Assembly (NCBI GenBank): GCA_002368795.1
Contig: DFFG01000003.1
Span: 1 to 64,000, forward strand
Source of the DNA: Eubacterium sp. UBA3782
Lineage (GTDB): Bacteria; Bacillota; Clostridia; Lachnospirales; Lachnospiraceae
Length of the DNA: 64,000 bases
Reading direction: 5' to 3'
Of this stretch, positions 9,182 through 17,607 are shown piece by piece (the first letter of the stretch is position 1; each line of letters begins with the position of its first letter). Below the pieces are notes generated by a model that was given only the letters and a program-made list of their open reading frames with translations, was not told the DNA's origin and did no database searches. The translations under genes were made by a program, and so were the position numbers.

Positions 9182-10696
9182 ATGGGAAATTACAGCACGA
9201 CCAAAACCGAAATTAAAAACTATATCTTTGCCAGGGTGCCCCTCATCATCATTCAGTCGGCCGAGCGGGCCAGAGTGGAGCGGATGATCGCTGAGACAGC
9301 CAGGGAGATGCGGATCGAGGTGACCTGCTACTCGGATACAAAGCAGATCTACCGCCCGGGCCAGGACACGATCCGGGATGTGGAGAGCGATCCGATCCCC
9401 TTTGCCATGGAGCTGCTTCGCCGCAAGAGGGGAACGACCTTTGTGCTGGCAGATGTGCGCAGGGTCAGTGAGGAGAACCTGTACAGTCGGGAGATCGTCA
9501 ATCTCCTGTATCTGGCCGCAGAGATGGGAGGCACAGTGATCCTGATCACGCCGGATCCTGTGTGGGCAAGGATCGCCCGGATGGGCATGCTGACCAGGCT
9601 CGATCTTCCCGATATGGATGAGCGGACCGCCGAGATCCGTGAATTCGTCCGGCGGTATGGTTCGCGGTATTCCATCGCCTGGGATGAGAACGATATCCAG
9701 CGCGCATCTGCGCTCCTGAGGGGATTTACAGAGATCCAGATCGACAACATCCTGTCTTCCGCGCTGGTGGAAAACGGCGCGCTGGACCGGCGGCATATCT
9801 ATGAGCTGACGAGCCAGAAAAGCCGGATGTACGAGGCAGCCGCAGGCGTCCAGGAGGTCAGGGTCAGCGGGGACCTGCGGATCTCAGGCCTGGACAACCT
9901 GAAGCAGTGGCTGGCAGAAAAGAAGAGGATCTTTTTTGCATCAGAGGAGGAGCTGGCCGCGCGCGGCCTGCAGACGCCAAAGGGGATCCTTCTGGCCGGC
10001 ATCCCGGGATGCGGAAAATCCTTCTCCGCCCGGATGGTTGCCAGAGAGTGGGAACTTCCGCTGTTCAAGTTCGATATCGGCAGCATCTACGACAAATGGG
10101 TCGGAGAGAGTGAGCACCGGATGGCGGATGCCCTGCAGTTTATCGACAATGTTGCGCCCTGCATCGTATGGATCGATGAGATCGAGAAGGCTCTTTCGGT
10201 CTCGGACAGCAGCAACGATACCGGGCAGCGGGTGCTGGGCCAGTTCCTGTTCTGGCTTCAGGAGTCATCAAGCCGCGTATTTCTCGTGGCAACGGCAAAT
10301 GACATCCGAAAGCTGCCGCCGGAGCTGTTTCGCAAGGGCAGGTTCTCGGAGATGTTCTTTGTCGATCTGCCGACAGCAGTCGAGCGGGCGGAGGCCATCA
10401 CCCAGTACATGGAACAGTGCCTGCACAGGACGCCCGACGCGGGCAGCCTGCAGGAGCTGGTTGGAAGAACAAAGGGATTTTCCTATGCGGATATTGAATA
10501 TATGGTAAAGGAGGCTGCCCAGAAGGCACTTCTTTACGGGGATGATGCGGTCAGCAGCGATATGCTTCTGGAACTGACAGAGAAGGTCATCCCGTTTGCA
10601 GATACCAATCCGGACGTGGTCTCCCAGCTGAGAAGCTGGGGAAATTCGCGGGCAGCCGCAGCGTCGCTTCCGGAGAAGGGAGGAAATGAGGCATGA
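9182..10696 (+). CDS. Classical-clade AAA+ ATPase. The N-terminal ~230 aa look like a degenerate ATPase-like domain. The C-terminal module has Walker A GIPGCGKS, Walker B IVWIDEIE and an SRH ([29 protein letters not shown]).
   Basis: Motifs read directly from the translation. The KWVGESE segment after Walker A resembles the Vps4/spastin/katanin-type KW(M/V)GE(S/G)E. The stop overlaps the next start (ATGA at 10693-10696). Confidence 0.75.
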   Translation: MGNYSTTKTEIKNYIFARVPLIIIQSAERARVERMIAETAREMRIEVTCYSDTKQIYRPGQDTIRDVESDPIPFAMELLRRKRGTTFVLADVRRVSEENLYSREIVNLLYLAAEMGGTVILITPDPVWARIARMGMLTRLDLPDMDERTAEIREFVRRYGSRYSIAWDENDIQRASALLRGFTEIQIDNILSSALVENGALDRRHIYELTSQKSRMYEAAAGVQEVRVSGDLRISGLDNLKQWLAEKKRIFFASEEELAARGLQTPKGILLAGIPGCGKSFSARMVAREWELPLFKFDIGSIYDKWVGESEHRMADALQFIDNVAPCIVWIDEIEKALSVSDSSNDTGQRVLGQFLFWLQESSSRVFLVATANDIRKLPPELFRKGRFSEMFFVDLPTAVERAEAITQYMEQCLHRTPDAGSLQELVGRTKGFSYADIEYMVKEAAQKALLYGDDAVSSDMLLELTEKVIPFADTNPDVVSQLRSWGNSRAAAASLPEKGGNEA

Positions 10697-12390
10697 GCGA
10701 TATAGGCAGCCTGAGGGCAGAGCTGGCCAGGCAGGAAAGGATCAATGCGGAGCTGCGCAGCGATCTGTGGGAGCTGGAGAGCGGCGTCAGCAGCGCACAC
10801 AGCCGGCTGAATGAATTCCAGAATAAGACGAACAACACGCTTTCCGGAAGCACACAGCGGATGATCAGCTCTCATAACCGCATCGTGGAGGCCTACGAGA
10901 TCCAGGGCGAGATCGACCATCTGTATGAGCGCTTCAAGCAGGTCGAGCTGGCCAACAAAAAGATCCGTGCCTGCAACAATAAAAAATATTACGAGTTTGC
11001 CAATTACCGTACCGTGCGTAAGCTGGTCCAGGGCATCATGGACAATATGGACATGAACATGGTCTCGGATGAGGTGATCTACAAGTCGGTGGAGAAACAG
11101 CATCTGCAGACCCCAGACTACTGGCTCACCTGTGTGCTGATCAGCATCATGGCCTGGAAAAATGACGACAGGGAGCTGGCAGAACGGGCCATGGCCCGGG
11201 CGATCTCGCTGGACAAGAAGGACAGCGCGATCTTCTACATGCTGTTCCACCTGCGTCTGGGCCGTGAGGAGACGGCGCTCAAATGGTTCTATCTCTATCA
11301 GGAGTGCGACCTGAAGGGCAGCGATGAGCAGACCTTCCTGCTGCTGTTTTCCCTCATGACCAAGACCCTGGATGATTTCGTGGATGATCATACCAAGTAT
11401 GAGATCTACAGCTTTATCAACAAGGTGATCGCCATGAGTGCAAGATCGGCCGGCTTCTCCGAGGAGGAGATCATCCGGCAGATCGAAAACTATCTGATCG
11501 CCATGAAAGACACCGACAACCTTCAGCTCAATCTGCTGAAGCGGTGCATGGACGATTACGGCGAGATCGCCGAGACAGTGATCCTCGCTGAAAACAACAA
11601 AACGATCCTGCAGTTCCTCATGGACGTACGCAGCGTCACGGAGATCGAGAGAAACGCCTACATCAGCAAATTCATCGACGATGTGATCGCAAAGCCGAAC
11701 CAGACCGAGCAGGAGGTCTACGATGAGATCGAATACAACGAGTGCATCATCCGGTGCGACGGCTATGTCGACCAGGCAAAGGAGATGTACCTGAAGGAGC
11801 AGGAGCGCCGGAAAAAGGAGCTGAATCTCATCAAGGAGATGGTCCGCAGGGTGTACGAGAGCTCAGGTGAAGAGGTCAACGGACAGGTCAAAAAGAACAT
11901 GTTCGTCCTGACCGGAGGCCTGCAGCGGAAGGCGATCAGCCGTTATGCCGAGGATTACCGGTCCAGGGTGACAGATGTGCATCCGGTCTCTCTGGGAGAG
12001 TACAGGACGACCGCCGATTTCCGGGATCAGGCCGGCGAGCAGCGGAAGATCGAAGAATACTACGAAACCCAAAAGGCAGAGCAGCTGGCCCAGGTCAAGG
12101 ACTGGCCCGCCTTCGTCGGCTTTGCTCTGGCCGTCGCCTGTGCAGCAGGCGCAGCCTTCGTAAGCCTTATGCTGCTGGCAGGCACCGCGCTTGGACTGAT
12201 CTTCGGCTTCGTACGGCTGCTGATGAACAGCCGGCAGAGAAAGCAGATCGCCAGTGACTGTGCAGTCAATATCAGCAGCAAGACGGATCTTCTCGACCGT
12301 CTCTTTGCAGAATACGAGCAGCTAAAGACTATCTTTTATGAATACGATGCCTACCAGGAGCAGATCGCTGCCGAACTCGGCAAGTTCTGA
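10693..12390 (+). CDS. Paralog C of the triplicated family (core YWLTCVLISIMAW...LFHLRLGREETALKWFYLY, C-terminal TM hairpin)
   Basis: Start overlaps the AAA+ gene stop. Same motif order as paralogs A and B. Confidence 0.65.
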   Translation: MSDIGSLRAELARQERINAELRSDLWELESGVSSAHSRLNEFQNKTNNTLSGSTQRMISSHNRIVEAYEIQGEIDHLYERFKQVELANKKIRACNNKKYYEFANYRTVRKLVQGIMDNMDMNMVSDEVIYKSVEKQHLQTPDYWLTCVLISIMAWKNDDRELAERAMARAISLDKKDSAIFYMLFHLRLGREETALKWFYLYQECDLKGSDEQTFLLLFSLMTKTLDDFVDDHTKYEIYSFINKVIAMSARSAGFSEEEIIRQIENYLIAMKDTDNLQLNLLKRCMDDYGEIAETVILAENNKTILQFLMDVRSVTEIERNAYISKFIDDVIAKPNQTEQEVYDEIEYNECIIRCDGYVDQAKEMYLKEQERRKKELNLIKEMVRRVYESSGEEVNGQVKKNMFVLTGGLQRKAISRYAEDYRSRVTDVHPVSLGEYRTTADFRDQAGEQRKIEEYYETQKAEQLAQVKDWPAFVGFALAVACAAGAAFVSLMLLAGTALGLIFGFVRLLMNSRQRKQIASDCAVNISSKTDLLDRLFAEYEQLKTIFYEYDAYQEQIAAELGKF

Positions 12391-12504
12391 CAGGCCAAAG
12401 GATCCAGCCAGGACGCCGAGGCGTTCTTTAACCGAAGAACAGAAGCCTGGCGGAGAGAAAAACGCAACTCTTATGAAACGTTCATATTATGAGGAGGTAA
12501 CACC

Positions 12505-13026
12505 ATGAACGAAGTAATCAAGACATTGGAAACAAGAAGAAGCTGCCGGAATTTCAAGGATGATCCCATTCCCGAGGAGATTCTTGCACAGATCATCGAG
12601 GCAGGAACCTACGCCGCCACCGGCATGGGCAAACAGTCCCCGATCATCCTGGCCATCACAAATAAAGAGGTAAGAGATAAGCTGTCCGCAATGAACGCAC
12701 AGATCCTTGGCGCAAAGATCGATCCCTTCTACGGCGCACCGGTGATCCTGGTCGTCCTTGCCAAAAAGGATGTGCCCACCTACCAGTACGATGGCAGCCT
12801 TGTCATGGGCAATCTGATGAACGCAGCAAGATCCTTAGGGATCGCCAGCATCTGGATCCACCGGGCAAAAGAAGAGTTTGAGAGCGAAGAGGGCAAGGCA
12901 CTTCTTGCCAGCCTTGGCATCGAAGGCGAGTACGAAGGCATCGGCCACTGTGCACTCGGCTACGCCGCAAAAGCTCCGAAAAAGGCAGCTCCCAGAAAAG
13001 AGAATTACGTCTATTACATCCGCTGA
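12505..13026 (+). CDS. Nitroreductase-family NAD(P)H-dependent oxidoreductase
   Basis: The N-terminus TLETRRSCRNFKDDPIPEE is the nitroreductase signature. RBS GAGGAGG before the ATG. Confidence 0.75.
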   Translation: MNEVIKTLETRRSCRNFKDDPIPEEILAQIIEAGTYAATGMGKQSPIILAITNKEVRDKLSAMNAQILGAKIDPFYGAPVILVVLAKKDVPTYQYDGSLVMGNLMNAARSLGIASIWIHRAKEEFESEEGKALLASLGIEGEYEGIGHCALGYAAKAPKKAAPRKENYVYYIR

Positions 13027-13066
13027 CAGGCAGAGCCTTCAGAGGATCTTATCCATCAGTCATGAA

Positions 13067-13106
13067 CAGGCAGACATCTGTTGACAAGGCAGATGCCTGC
13101 CTTTTA
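13067..13106 (+). terminator. Hairpin GGCAGACATCTG...CAGATGCCTGCC followed by TTTT, downstream of the nitroreductase gene
   Basis: Inverted repeat with one mismatch, followed by a T-run. Confidence 0.45.
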
Positions 13107-13110
13107 TAAT
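13081..13110 (+). promoter_or_regulatory. Sigma-70-type promoter for metA: TTGACA, 18 nt spacer, TATAAT. The -35 box lies in the loop of the upstream hairpin.
   Basis: Consensus hexamers at 13081-13086 and 13105-13110, about 27 nt upstream of the metA start. Confidence 0.5.
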
Positions 13111-13136
13111 TTTGAATCAAATGGAGGTGATGCATT

Positions 13137-14060
13137 ATGCCGATCAAGATACAGCAGGACCTGCCCGTCCGTGAGAAACTGGAAGAAGAAAATATATTCG
13201 TTATGGACGAGGACCGCGCCCTGCATCAGGACATCCGCCCGCTGCAGATCCTGATCCTCAATCTGATGCCGCTCAAGGAAGCGACAGAGCTGCAGATCCT
13301 GCGCTGTCTGTCCAACTCCCCGCTGCAGGTGGATGTAACCTTCATGATGGTCACTTCCCACATCGTAAAAAACACATCCGTCAGTCACATCAACAAATTT
13401 TATGTGACCTTCAACGAGATAAAGAAAAAATACTTCGACGGCATGATCATCACCGGAGCACCCGTAGAATTCTACCGTTTCGAGGAAGTCGACTACTGGG
13501 CAGAGCTGACCATGATCATGAATTGGGCCGACAAACACGTGACATCCACCATGTACCAGTGCTGGGGAGCACAGGCCGCACTCTACTACTATTACGGCAT
13601 CCCCAAAAAACTTCTGGACCACAAAATGTTCGGATTGTTCGAGCACAAAGTCAACAACCGCCGCATCCCTCTGGTCCGCGGCTTCGATGACGTATTCATG
13701 GCACCCCATTCCCGCCACACCGAGGTCAATTTGGATGACATCCGCAAGGTAAAGGAGATCACCATCCTGTCAGAATCCGACGAAGCAGGTTTTTTGCTTG
13801 GCATGGCCAAAGAAGGACGCAGGATCTTCGTCCAGGGACATCCCGAATACGACAGGCTCACTCTGGACGCAGAATACCATCGCGACCTCGACAAATGCCT
13901 GGAGATCCAGATGCCCAAAAACTACTACCCAGGCGATGACCCCAACCAAAAGCCCATGCTCACCTGGCGGTCCATGTCCACCAATCTCTACAACAACTGG
14001 CTGAACTTCTACGTTTACCAGACGACTCCCTACGATCTCTACGGAGCACCTTCATTTTAA
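13137..14060 (+). CDS. metA: Homoserine O-acetyltransferase (MetA family)
   Basis: The classic MPIKI..DLP N-terminus and the ILNLMP...IITGAPVE motifs. RBS GGAGGTGA. Confidence 0.85.
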   Translation: MPIKIQQDLPVREKLEEENIFVMDEDRALHQDIRPLQILILNLMPLKEATELQILRCLSNSPLQVDVTFMMVTSHIVKNTSVSHINKFYVTFNEIKKKYFDGMIITGAPVEFYRFEEVDYWAELTMIMNWADKHVTSTMYQCWGAQAALYYYYGIPKKLLDHKMFGLFEHKVNNRRIPLVRGFDDVFMAPHSRHTEVNLDDIRKVKEITILSESDEAGFLLGMAKEGRRIFVQGHPEYDRLTLDAEYHRDLDKCLEIQMPKNYYPGDDPNQKPMLTWRSMSTNLYNNWLNFYVYQTTPYDLYGAPSF

Positions 14061-14099
14061 ATCCGCTGCTTACGCAGAGAAACGTTCCACCCAGAGAAG

Positions 14100-14189
14100 A
14101 AGCCCCTCCCGGGGAAAGACATTAAAGCGAACAATCTGCAGGCCGAAGGCCGAAGCCGTTCGCGTAATGCCTTTCCCCGGGAGGGGCTT
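14100..14189. repeat. R1 element, copy 1. A nested three-stem hairpin repeat with a variable 19-bp outer stem, core ACATTAAAGC(G/A)AACA.TCTGCAGGCC..GGCCGAAGCCGTT(C/T)GCGTAATGCC.
   Basis: Near-identical core also at 26466-26556 and 54549-54623. Outer and inner stems carry compensatory changes. Confidence 0.7.
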
Positions 14190-14202
14190 TAATAACGGAT
14201 CT

Positions 14203-14247
14203 AAAAATGTGCAAAAGGGTGGGGACACTGCAAATGCAGTGTCCCCT
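14203..14247 (-). terminator. Intrinsic terminator for the MFS gene (GGGGACACTGCA aat TGCAGTGTCCCC plus a T-rich tail on the minus strand)
   Basis: Perfect 12-bp stem. The minus-strand downstream sequence is ACCCTTTTGCACATTTTT. Confidence 0.6.
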
Positions 14248-14289
14248 GGTGTTATGCGTTTATGGATGTGTTTACATCTATGAGATGGC

Positions 14290-15657
14290 TTACTGCGGGG
14301 GCATGTTTGCCATCATGCGCTCAGCATTCTCTTTTGCATACTTGGCTGCCTCAGCATCTGTAATGCGGTAGAAGATAGCCATAATAGCTGCTGCTACAAT
14401 GAATACGATGCCAGGGAGCATGAAAGTAACTCTCATGAAGCTGTTTACCCAGTTTGCATCCGGAGTAAAGCCTGCAACGTATCCGGTGGAGGACAGAAGC
14501 ATCAGACCGATGGTTCCGCCGAGAGCCATACCGATCTTCATAGGCGGAGAAGCAAGGCCGGCAGCGATTGCACGGGTATCTTTTCCGGTCTTCCACAGGT
14601 AATACTCACCTGCATCAAGGAAGATCAGGACCATGTAAGGCATGTAGGTGTAGGTACCGAAGGCGGTGATCGCCATGCAGATGATATACAGGATCCAGCT
14701 CTTGGCTGCGATAAAGCTCAGGATGATCAGGCCGATACCGAAGGTTGCGAAACCAAATACACAGGAATTCTTCTTTCCGAGCTTAGCACCCACGCTGGGC
14801 ATGATCATGGCGGCTACGAAGCCGACAACAGCAGCGACCAGAGAAGCGACGGTCAGCTTTGTGAAGTCACCGACTACATAAATGAAGTAGTAGGTATAGT
14901 TGGACTGATACATGTAGGTTGCAACGTACATTACCGTAAAGGCAACGAATGCAGCCAGCATCTGCGGGTTCTTTACGATCGTACCGATCATATCACCGAC
15001 GGTGATGGTGGGACCGGAAGCATCCTTGTTGACCTGCGGATCCTTGCCGTCTGCCAGTGCAGAGATACGGCCCAGAGCCCAGGGCATCGGAATCATGAAG
15101 ACAAGTGCTACGACGAAGTAGTTCCAGCTTCCGAAGGGAAGGACAGTGACCAGCGTCGGAATGAAGGAACAGATGAGCGTGATGACGGTGGACTGACGGG
15201 TCATGTTGATGGACATTGCGTTTCTGTTCGCCATGTTCGCTCCGGCAACAGCTGCAAGTACACCGTAGTAACCAGTCTGGATCAGGTTCATTAAGCAGTT
15301 CAGAATCGTATAGGATACGGAAAGAACAGCTACACGAACGACCATAGGTGCTGTACTGGTGTTGCAGACCTCAAGGAGGATCATGACGGCCAGTACCCAG
15401 CGGCCATAGTACAGCCAGGTCTGGTTTTTGCCCTTGTTGCCGATCTTGACCTTCTCGATGATGGCACCGGCAAACAGGGAAACAATAAAGTCAATTGTCT
15501 TTGCGATACCCAGCGCAGCGGCCAGGGTCGCGGCAGGAATCAGAAGTACCTCAGTTGCGAAGGTATTCAGGTACATGAATCCAACCATGATGGCCAGGGT
15601 AAGGAGTGAATACGAACCCATGGTCCATATTTCTTTTTTGCTGCTTGTTACTTCCAT
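14290..15657 (-). CDS. MFS transporter, glycoside-pentoside-hexuronide (GPH):cation symporter family
   Basis: 12-TM profile. Start chosen at MEVTSSKKEIW with RBS GAGAGGAG. The longer ORF start at 15720 lacks an RBS. Confidence 0.7.
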   Translation of the reverse strand: MEVTSSKKEIWTMGSYSLLTLAIMVGFMYLNTFATEVLLIPAATLAAALGIAKTIDFIVSLFAGAIIEKVKIGNKGKNQTWLYYGRWVLAVMILLEVCNTSTAPMVVRVAVLSVSYTILNCLMNLIQTGYYGVLAAVAGANMANRNAMSINMTRQSTVITLICSFIPTLVTVLPFGSWNYFVVALVFMIPMPWALGRISALADGKDPQVNKDASGPTITVGDMIGTIVKNPQMLAAFVAFTVMYVATYMYQSNYTYYFIYVVGDFTKLTVASLVAAVVGFVAAMIMPSVGAKLGKKNSCVFGFATFGIGLIILSFIAAKSWILYIICMAITAFGTYTYMPYMVLIFLDAGEYYLWKTGKDTRAIAAGLASPPMKIGMALGGTIGLMLLSSTGYVAGFTPDANWVNSFMRVTFMLPGIVFIVAAAIMAIFYRITDAEAAKYAKENAERMMANMPPQ

Positions 15658-15820
15658 TTTTTTTCTCCTCTCTCTTGACAGGTTCTTAAAAACGCCAAAA
15701 CCCGCAGTAATTTCATGCAATTATTGTAACAAAAGCGAATAATTCAGACTATGTAAGGATAGTACAAAAACTGATGCGTAATTTCGAAAAATTTTATATT
15801 TGTCTGGCGGGTTCTGACTC

Positions 15821-15850
15821 TTGTAATGAATAGCATAAAAGTGATATAAT
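15821..15850 (+). promoter_or_regulatory. Candidate sigma-70 promoter (TTGTAA, 18 nt, TATAAT) in the AT-rich region upstream of the MATE gene
   Basis: Hexamers read directly from an AT-rich intergenic island. Confidence 0.3.
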
Positions 15851-15973
15851 AATTAATTACGAAAGCGGTATAACGCTGATACAGATCACCAAAGGGAAGG
15901 CAGGAGGAGCAGGATTTGCTCCTCCCTTTTTGTATATGGCAGGTTTCTTCCCTCCTGCCGGCAAGAGGTTTTT

Positions 15974-17479
15974 ATGGCAGAACAGGAAAAAAGGACGATA
16001 AAGACAGCGCTTGACCTTATTCCCTTTGGCAGCGGCGGGCCGGATCCTGCTGTGCTCAGGGAACGAAAGAGTGAGCTGCCATCCGGCGTGACACGCAGCA
16101 TGCTTCGAAGCGATGTGCTGATGATCACCCTGCCCAGTCTCTGTGAACTGGTTCTGACCCAGCTGACCAGTATGGCAGACCAGGTTATGGTCGGGCGGCT
16201 TCCGGGGGAGGAGGGCATCATGGCCCTCAGTGCGGTCGGGATCGCCATGCAGCCGAAGTTTTTGCTGATGACGATGGGCATGGCGATGAATGTAGGTGCT
16301 ACCGCGATGATCGCCCGGTACAGGGGAAAGCAGGACCGGCGGATGGCCAACCAGGCGTTTCGGCAGGCACTCTTTCTGAATCTTCTGCTTGGCCTGGCCT
16401 TTTCGGCCCTGGGGCTTGTGGGAGCAGAAGGGCTGATCCGGTTTATGGGAGGAGAAAACCTGGCGCCAGAGACCATGCAGGCCGGGATCCGCTATGTTCA
16501 GATCGCCATGTACGGCTTTCTGCCCCTGATGATGACCTTTACCATTACCGGCGCTCTGCGAGGGATCGGTGATTCCCGTACGCCTCTGATATACAATACG
16601 ATCGCCAATGTGGTGAATCTTATCTTTAATTATATGATGATCTACGGAAAGTTCGGGTTTCCGCGCATGGGTGTGGATGGCGCAGCCTGGGCGACGAATA
16701 TCGGGCAGATCGCCGCTTTTCTGATCGCCTTGGCGACTGTGTTTGGGAAGGACCGATATCTTCGCGTGGATCTCAGGGAGCCATTCCGCTTTGACTGGGA
16801 GCTGATGAAGGATATCGCATTGATAGGGATCCCGTCCATGATCGAACAGCTCTTTATGCGCACCGGCATCATTATCTATACGCGCTTTATCGTTGGCCTC
16901 GGAGATCTTTACTACGCAACGCATCAGATCCTGATGAGTGTGCAGGCCATGACCTTTATGACCGGACAGGGATTTGCGACGGCCAGCACTACGCTTATGG
17001 GGCAGAGCCTGGGGAAGCGGCGGTACGATATGGCGAAGCTGTACATGCAGACGACCAGGCAGCTTGGCTTCTGGGTTTCGATCCTGCTGGCACTTCTGAT
17101 GGTATTCTTTAACCGGACGATCATCGGCTTCTACAACAGTACGCCGGAGATCATTGCCGTCGGCAGCCAGATCATGATCCTGATGGCCGCAAGCCAGCCG
17201 ATCCAGAATTCCCAGTTCATCATCACCGGAGGCCTGCGGGGAGCAGGAGACACCCGGTACACGGCGGTTGTCATGGCCGTGACCGTCCTGGGTGTGCGCA
17301 CGGTTCTGGCCTGGTTTGCCATACGTGTGCTTGACCTTGGCATCTGGGGCGCATGGATCGCCCTGATCGCAGACCAGTGCCTCAGGTCTCTCCTTGTACT
17401 TCTCCGTTTCCGGTCCGGCCGGTGGGCTTTTATCCTTCCTCCGACCCAGGGCGGCGGCCAGGAAAGCCAGGAAGACTAA
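15974..17479 (+). CDS. MATE-family efflux transporter
   Basis: Typical MATE N-terminal stretch and 12 TM helices. The start at 15974 has AAGAGG. An alternative start MLRSDVLM at 16100 lacks an RBS. Confidence 0.7.
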   Translation: MAEQEKRTIKTALDLIPFGSGGPDPAVLRERKSELPSGVTRSMLRSDVLMITLPSLCELVLTQLTSMADQVMVGRLPGEEGIMALSAVGIAMQPKFLLMTMGMAMNVGATAMIARYRGKQDRRMANQAFRQALFLNLLLGLAFSALGLVGAEGLIRFMGGENLAPETMQAGIRYVQIAMYGFLPLMMTFTITGALRGIGDSRTPLIYNTIANVVNLIFNYMMIYGKFGFPRMGVDGAAWATNIGQIAAFLIALATVFGKDRYLRVDLREPFRFDWELMKDIALIGIPSMIEQLFMRTGIIIYTRFIVGLGDLYYATHQILMSVQAMTFMTGQGFATASTTLMGQSLGKRRYDMAKLYMQTTRQLGFWVSILLALLMVFFNRTIIGFYNSTPEIIAVGSQIMILMAASQPIQNSQFIITGGLRGAGDTRYTAVVMAVTVLGVRTVLAWFAIRVLDLGIWGAWIALIADQCLRSLLVLLRFRSGRWAFILPPTQGGGQESQED

Positions 17480-17607
17480 TTTTTGCTAATTGGGAATTTC
17501 ATCCTTTTATAAGGAGTGGTATAGTAAGAAAAGGGCAGCCGCATGAACTGCCTTATATGGCAGCTGCATTCGCCAAATTAAGATTTAACCGCACGGAGGA
17601 GTACGCA

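Noticed and set aside
12391-12504. Possible weak terminator hairpin ACGCC gag GGCGT TCTTT after the novel locus
   Set aside because: A 5-bp stem with a short T-run is too weak to call. The operon may read through or terminate elsewhere.
15857-16924. 355-aa minus-strand ORF
   Set aside because: Antisense to the MATE transporter gene, with no RBS or motif.
17353-17607. N-terminal extension of the metY ORF (track start 17353)
   Set aside because: There is no RBS. The canonical MKQETK start at 17608 follows a GGAGGA Shine-Dalgarno. The extension is Pro/Arg-rich non-coding leader.
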